Source of the DNA: Actinomycetota bacterium
GTDB lineage: Bacteria > Actinomycetota > Acidimicrobiia > Spongiisociales > UBA4744
NCBI GenBank assembly: GCA_013152275.1
Contig: JAADGS010000045.1
Coordinates: forward strand, 62,001-97,181
Reading direction: 5' to 3'
Length of the DNA stretch: 35,181 nucleotides
Shown here: in pieces, positions 29,862-35,181 of the stretch
Layout of the letters: every line of letters begins with the position of its first letter
Numbering within the stretch: the stretch's first letter is position 1
Position numbers and translations under genes: made by a program
The notes under the pieces: model-generated
Seen by the model: the letters and a program-made list of their open reading frames with translations, nothing else
Database searches by the model: none
What the model was told of the DNA's origin: nothing

Positions 29862-30631
29862 AGACCTTCCAGCTCCGCGATGTCAGTGCGTACTACGGCG
29901 ACTTTCGCGCCATCGCCGATATCGACCTCACGCTCAAGCCTGGGGTTATCACCGCCCTCATCGGTCCCTCCGGTTGCGGGAAGTCGACTCTTCTGCGTTG
30001 CCTGAACCGGATGCACGAGTTCGTCCCCGGGGCACGCGTCGAAGGCGAGATCACCCTTGACCATGAGGACGTGTACGGCCCGTCGGTGTCACCCGCAGAG
30101 GTGCGCCGCGTCGTCGGTATGGTGTTCCAGCGACCCAACCCCTTTCCGACACTCAGCATCTTCGACAACGTCGCCGCCGGACTGCGGCTTGACGGCGGGT
30201 ACTCCCGTGGCGAGTTCGACGACCGCGTCGAATGGGCGCTTCGCGCCGCTCACCTCTGGAAGGAAGTCGAGTATCAGCTCGACGCCCCGGGAGCATCGCT
30301 CTCGGGTGGTCAGCAACAGCGCCTCTGCATCGCCCGGACCATCGCCGTGCAACCCGCGGTGATCCTCATGGACGAACCCTGCTCGGCACTCGACCCCATC
30401 GCGACGCTACGCATCGAGGATCTCATGCGTGAACTCAAGGAGGACTACACCATCGCCATCGTGACCCACAACATGGAACAGGCGGCCCGCGTGTCCGACT
30501 TCACCGGGTTCCTCGTGATCGAGGAGGCCGGAGACCCCGGGCGTCTCGTCGAGTTCGGCGAGACGAGCCAGGTCTTCACGACTCCGGCCGACGAACGCAC
30601 AGAACGGTATATCTCGGGAAAGTTCGGATGA
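29858..30631 (+). CDS. pstB: Phosphate ABC transporter ATPase PstB (copy 1)
   Basis: [50 protein letters not shown]. Confidence 0.95.
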   Translation: MKTFQLRDVSAYYGDFRAIADIDLTLKPGVITALIGPSGCGKSTLLRCLNRMHEFVPGARVEGEITLDHEDVYGPSVSPAEVRRVVGMVFQRPNPFPTLSIFDNVAAGLRLDGGYSRGEFDDRVEWALRAAHLWKEVEYQLDAPGASLSGGQQQRLCIARTIAVQPAVILMDEPCSALDPIATLRIEDLMRELKEDYTIAIVTHNMEQAARVSDFTGFLVIEEAGDPGRLVEFGETSQVFTTPADERTERYISGKFG

Positions 30632-31488
30632 TCGGCAACGCCGCGCGGATCAAGCCCCGTCACACACCGAGCCGGTTCGGAGCCGGGGAGAATCGAGGAA
30701 CCTTGGCCGATCACATCGCCCCTGTCTATCGCGCCGAACAGTTCTCGCTGTGGTACGGCGAGCATCAAGCACTGCGCGAGGTCTCGTTGAACATCGCTCC
30801 TCGCGAGATCACAGCGATCATCGGTCCCTCCGGGTGCGGGAAGTCGACGATGCTGCGCAGCCTCAACCGCATGAACGACAGCATTGCCGGCGTCTCGGTA
30901 GCCGGAACGATTCTCTTCGAAGGCCAGGACCTCTACGACGACGCCACCGACGCCGTCGAGGTCCGCCGGCGCATCGGCATGGTGTTCCAGAAGCCGAACC
31001 CGTTCCCGATGTCGATCTATGACAATGTCGCCTACGGCCCACGTCTTCATGGCGACCGGCATCCCGACGACATCGTCGAAGCCTCCCTACGTCGTACGGC
31101 GCTCTGGGACGACGTACGCGGCCGCCTCCACCAATCGGCGCTGGCACTCTCCGGAGGTCAGCAGCAACGCCTCTGCATCGCCCGTGCCATCGCCGTGCAA
31201 CCGGCTGTGATCCTCATGGACGAACCCTGCTCGGCACTCGACCCCATTGCGACCCTACGCATCGAGGAGCTCATGCTCGAGCTCAAGGAGGACTACACCA
31301 TCGTCATCGTGACCCACAACATGCAGCAAGCCGCCCGAGTCTCCGATCGCACGGCCTTCTTCACCGTGGAAGTCGGCGAAACCGGCCGACACATCGGCCA
31401 CGTAGTAGAATACGATGAGACGAGCAAGATCTTTACGAATCCCGCGGAAAAGGCCACCGAGGACTACATCACCGGGCGATTTGGATGA
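30628..31488 (+). CDS. pstB: Phosphate ABC transporter ATPase PstB (copy 2)
   Basis: Same PstB motifs, ends YITGRFG; exact start uncertain. Confidence 0.95.
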   Translation: MIGNAARIKPRHTPSRFGAGENRGTLADHIAPVYRAEQFSLWYGEHQALREVSLNIAPREITAIIGPSGCGKSTMLRSLNRMNDSIAGVSVAGTILFEGQDLYDDATDAVEVRRRIGMVFQKPNPFPMSIYDNVAYGPRLHGDRHPDDIVEASLRRTALWDDVRGRLHQSALALSGGQQQRLCIARAIAVQPAVILMDEPCSALDPIATLRIEELMLELKEDYTIVIVTHNMQQAARVSDRTAFFTVEVGETGRHIGHVVEYDETSKIFTNPAEKATEDYITGRFG

Positions 31489-32174
31489 CCAGATTCCGCA
31501 CCCAATTCCACACCGAGTTGGAGGCGTTGGAAACGACGCTGGTGGAGATGGCCAAGCTCGCGACCTCACAGATCGAGAAGGCCATGGTCTCCATCGCCAA
31601 CGCGGATACACAAATCGCGGAAGCAGTCATTGCCGGCGACGGGGAGATTGATCGGATCTACCTCGAGATCGAGCGGCGCTGGACCGAGCTCATGGCGCTG
31701 CAAACCCCCGTCGCGACCGATCTGCGCCGGATGACGCTCATGCTACAGACGAATCACAGCGTCGAAAGGATCGGGGACCAGGCCGTCAACATCGCCAAGA
31801 TTGCTCGAGCCACCCACGGGTTGCCACGCAGCGACACCATCCTGCGACATCTCCAAGAGATGGGGGACATCGTCATTCCCATGTTGAATGTGGCGATCGA
31901 AGCCCTTGTCAAGCGTGATCTGGAGTTGGCATTCCGTCTGCCCGTGATGGACGATCCAGTCGACCGTCTGGATCGCAATATGCACAAGGCGGTTGTGGCG
32001 TGCGGCCCCGATCCCGAGTTGCTCGAGTGGGCGGTGCACATGATCATCGTATCGCGGGCCCTGGAACGCGTCGGCGACCGGGCAGTGGACATCGGCGAAC
32101 AGGTCGCTTTCCTGCAGACCGGCGAGTTCCAAGAGTTCTCGGACGGCACACCGATCGTTTTCCATGCCGACTGA
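31485..32174 (+). CDS. phoU: Phosphate signalling protein PhoU
   Basis: [37 protein letters not shown]. Confidence 0.93.
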   Translation: MTRFRTQFHTELEALETTLVEMAKLATSQIEKAMVSIANADTQIAEAVIAGDGEIDRIYLEIERRWTELMALQTPVATDLRRMTLMLQTNHSVERIGDQAVNIAKIARATHGLPRSDTILRHLQEMGDIVIPMLNVAIEALVKRDLELAFRLPVMDDPVDRLDRNMHKAVVACGPDPELLEWAVHMIIVSRALERVGDRAVDIGEQVAFLQTGEFQEFSDGTPIVFHAD

Positions 32175-32865
32175 CCACCGGGTCCTCGTCGTCGAAGACG
32201 ACGAGACCCTCGCCCAGTCGATCCGCTACAACCTGGAGCGGGAGGGTTTCTCGGTCGAGGTCGTGGCCGACGGAAGCGAAGTCCTCCGCGAGCACAAGGC
32301 GTTCGGCCCTTCGCTCGTGGTGCTCGATCTGATGCTGCCGGGCATGTCCGGGTTGGATGTGCTGCGGGAACTGCGGGTCGACTCCACCGTTCCGGTGATC
32401 ATCGTGACGGCGAAAGACACCGAGGCCGACAAGGTCACAGGGTTGGAACTTGGTGCCGACGACTACGTGACCAAACCGTTCTCGATGCGAGAGCTTCTCT
32501 CGCGCATCAGAGCGATACTCCGTCGAGCAGACCTCTACACCAACGGTGAAGAACCCCCTCTCCTGATCGGCGGACGCGTGCGGCTCGATGCGGATCGGCA
32601 CGAAGTTCGCGTGGACGCAGAACTCGTACCGTTCCGACCCAAGGAGTTCGATCTCCTCGAGGCGCTCCTCCGACGAAAGGGCAAGCTCGTGACCCGGGCG
32701 ATCCTGTTGGACGAGGTGTGGGGATATACGTTCTACGGAGATATGAAGACACTCGACGTGCACATCAAACGGGTACGTGACAAGATCGAGCAGGATCCCT
32801 CCCATCCGACCCAGATCGTCACAGTGCGTGGTCTCGGCTATAAGTTCGTAGATGAGAACGCGTAG
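32164..32865 (+). CDS. OmpR/PhoB-family response regulator (RegX3/PhoP-like)
   Basis: VVEDD, LDLMLPG, GADDYVTKPF, KTLDVHIKRVRDKIE.DP...TVRGLGYK. Confidence 0.92.
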   Translation: MPTDHRVLVVEDDETLAQSIRYNLEREGFSVEVVADGSEVLREHKAFGPSLVVLDLMLPGMSGLDVLRELRVDSTVPVIIVTAKDTEADKVTGLELGADDYVTKPFSMRELLSRIRAILRRADLYTNGEEPPLLIGGRVRLDADRHEVRVDAELVPFRPKEFDLLEALLRRKGKLVTRAILLDEVWGYTFYGDMKTLDVHIKRVRDKIEQDPSHPTQIVTVRGLGYKFVDENA

Positions 32866-32873
32866 GCCCGGCC

Positions 32874-34565
32874 ATGCATAGGCGCTCGCCCTCGTTCCGA
32901 CGCCGACTCGTTACCTGGTACGCAATAACGCTACTGGTCGTCCTGGCCGGCCTCGGTCTGGCACTCGATCGGACCCTTCGATCCTTTCTCCTCGACCAGC
33001 TCACCGACTCCCTCACCGCCCAGGCACGAGCCATCCAGCAGGCGCTGCCCACCGATGCGGCCGGTCTCCAAGCTGCAGCCGAGGAACTCGGCGCAGATCT
33101 CAACGTGCGGGTTACCGTCATCGCTCCAGACGGGACCGTGCTCGCCGACTCTGCCTCGGATCCGGCAACGATGGAGAACCACAGCACGCGGCCGGAGGTG
33201 GTTGAGGCGCTCGGCGGCAGAGTGGGGGTGGCCTCCCGAACCAGCGCCACCGTCGGCATCGCTTTCCGCTATGTGGCGCTCCCGGAGCGCGATGGCGTGG
33301 TCGTCAGGGTTGCGCTTCCCGAGACCGAGACACGAGAGCGGCTCGCTTCGCTGCGCGTCATCCTTCTCGTCTGGGGTCTCGCCGCCGCGGCTGTCGGCCT
33401 CCTCGGAGTGTGGCTCATCGCTCGACACACCATGCGTCCCCTGGAAGATCTGTCCCAGTCGGTGGCGGACATCTCGCAGGGAGCGGTGGAGACCGAAATA
33501 CCCAGAAGCGGCATTGCAGAGTTGGACCACCTCGGGGAAGCAGTCGCCGAGATGGCCACCGAGATCGATACTCGCATCTCCGACATCCAGAGGGAACAGG
33601 AGATGCGAGATCTCGTTCTTTCGGCATTGGATATTGGAGTCGTGCTCATCGACGGTGATGACATCGCCTATGCCAACCCACCGGCCCGAACGCTCATCGG
33701 CAAGGAGGCCGGTCGGGTGCAGGAACTCCACCCCGCCGTCCTCCGCAAGCTGATCTCGGGGGCCGGCGCGGACGAGGAGCGAGCGGCCGCCGACTTTGAA
33801 GCGGGCTATCCGGCACGGTCCATCGCCGCGGCCGCCGTGTGGCTCGAGCGGAGTGGGCTCGTCATGCTGACATTGACCGACGTGACCGAGGCAAGAAGAG
33901 TGGAAGCCCTGCGGCGAGATTTCGTCTCCGCCGCATCACATGAGCTGAAGACGCCGGCCGCAGCCATTCAGGCGGGTGCAGAGACGATCCTCACCGCTCT
34001 CGATGACGACCCGGAAGCCGTCCGGCTCTTTGCCCAGATGGTTTGTGACAACGCGTTGCGCCTGTCGGGCATCGTAAGTGACCTTCTCGATCTGTCGAGG
34101 CTGGAGACGCAAGAACCGGTACGAGCACCCGTGTCACTCGATGACCTCGTCCAGGACGAAGTCGATCGACTCGGTGCCGTGTCGGTCAACATGTCCGTGG
34201 AGGCCGCGCCGGTCGTTGTGTTCGGAGATCGCGCCGACCTCACGCTGGCAGTCCGCAACCTGCTGGCAAACGCCGTGCGCTACACCCATGAAGGAGGACA
34301 CGTCTGGGTGAGCGTGTACGCAAGGGATCGCGCCGCCATCGTCGAGGTGGCAGACGACGGGGTCGGAATACCGAGCGCCGATCTCCCAAGGGTCTTCGAG
34401 CGCTTTTACCGAGTCGACGAAGGCCGCTCCCGCCGAACCGGAGGAACGGGCCTCGGCCTGGCCATCGTCAAGCACGTGGCCGAAGAACACGGCGGCCACG
34501 TGGAAGCCGAAAGCGTCCTCTCGGAAGGATCGGCCTTTCGGATCGTGATACCGCTCGAATCGTGA
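32874..34565 (+). CDS. PhoR-like sensor histidine kinase (2 TM, extracytoplasmic domain, HAMP, PAS-like, HisKA, HATPase)
   Basis: VLADS...MENH..RPEV..AL, SHELKTP H-box, NLLANAVRY, DDGVGI, FERFYRVD, GTGLGLAIVKH. Confidence 0.92.
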   Translation: MHRRSPSFRRRLVTWYAITLLVVLAGLGLALDRTLRSFLLDQLTDSLTAQARAIQQALPTDAAGLQAAAEELGADLNVRVTVIAPDGTVLADSASDPATMENHSTRPEVVEALGGRVGVASRTSATVGIAFRYVALPERDGVVVRVALPETETRERLASLRVILLVWGLAAAAVGLLGVWLIARHTMRPLEDLSQSVADISQGAVETEIPRSGIAELDHLGEAVAEMATEIDTRISDIQREQEMRDLVLSALDIGVVLIDGDDIAYANPPARTLIGKEAGRVQELHPAVLRKLISGAGADEERAAADFEAGYPARSIAAAAVWLERSGLVMLTLTDVTEARRVEALRRDFVSAASHELKTPAAAIQAGAETILTALDDDPEAVRLFAQMVCDNALRLSGIVSDLLDLSRLETQEPVRAPVSLDDLVQDEVDRLGAVSVNMSVEAAPVVVFGDRADLTLAVRNLLANAVRYTHEGGHVWVSVYARDRAAIVEVADDGVGIPSADLPRVFERFYRVDEGRSRRTGGTGLGLAIVKHVAEEHGGHVEAESVLSEGSAFRIVIPLES

Positions 34566-35181
34566 CCGGCCCAAGCGCGGTGCAACAGGCAGCCCCTCGG
34601 ACTCGCTTCGAGCCGTGTCGAGAATAGACCGACACGATCGACACCCAGACGTCGGGGCCCGCGTCAGCAAGCGTTTGGCGCACCGTCTTCCCGGCCGGAT
34701 TGTGACCGGCGGTCGCCAAAGGGCGGCGGAGACGCCGGCCGGTCACATCGGTCACGGGACCCGAGCCGTGCACACGGCCGCCGATCACCGGGCCATCGAG
34801 GTTGGCCGACACCTGCCCGAGCGGGCCTTGGCGTCGGGTGCGCGCGCGGTCTTTGGCATCGGGGCGGCCCTTCCCCGAGACTCGCGTGGGGTCGGCTCGG
34901 CTCGTCCTCCCCTATACCGAGCCACGCCCTGTGTGGTTTGGGTCCGGCGTCGGATTCCGAAAGGCACGGTGGTTCCCGTTCCTCGGGACCCTCGGCGTGG
35001 ACTCCGCGGCGACGGTGATCGTTCTCGACCCCCGCCGGATCGACCGGAGCGTGGCGATTCTGGCCGGCCTTCGAATGCTCCGCTTTGCGGCACGGCCGCG
35101 ACCACGTGGTGCCTTCGCCCGGCTGCTCATCGAACTGCCTGGCACTGCACGGCCTGCTCCGGTGAAGATCTCCGCCACCGC

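Noticed and set aside
34701..34747. TGTGA...TCACA as a CRP-family site
   Set aside because: Half-sites are 37 nt apart, not 6; better read as a hairpin
34741..34756. GGTCAC repeated twice as a PHO box
   Set aside because: Period is 9 nt, not 11, and no promoter or gene follows

Overview
High-GC actinobacterial chromosome segment; the gene content and order suggest Acidimicrobiia or a relative (inference). Most of it is conserved core: tatC (partial)-helY-DAGK-family kinase, a DUF4193-like protein, ppm1, GNAT, NUDIX, DUF1015, HAD-IIA, rhomboid, then tlyA-nadK-recN-pyrG-NUDIX-ald-xerD-(DksA/TraR-like, site-2 protease, HD protein)-scpA-scpB-rluB-aroA-cmk-ispH-der. After der come a thiolase-fold gene and a DUF35/OB-fold gene, tRNA-Pro(GGG), and a complete phosphate locus (pstS-pstC-pstA-pstB-pstB-phoU-response regulator-sensor kinase) with four in-phase 11-nt PHO-box units upstream. 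I see no integrase, transposase, CRISPR array or defence system. The best leads are: (1) a thiolase whose catalytic Cys is Gly, paired with a DUF35 protein whose four zinc-ribbon Cys are all replaced; (2) a ~270-nt multi-hairpin intergenic element (candidate ncRNA); (3) a 44-aa ORF missed by the ORF track, coupled to a tlyA that seems to start at CTG; (4) a DksA-like/S2P/HD trio between xerD and scpAB. All calls come from reading motifs by eye; no searches were run.
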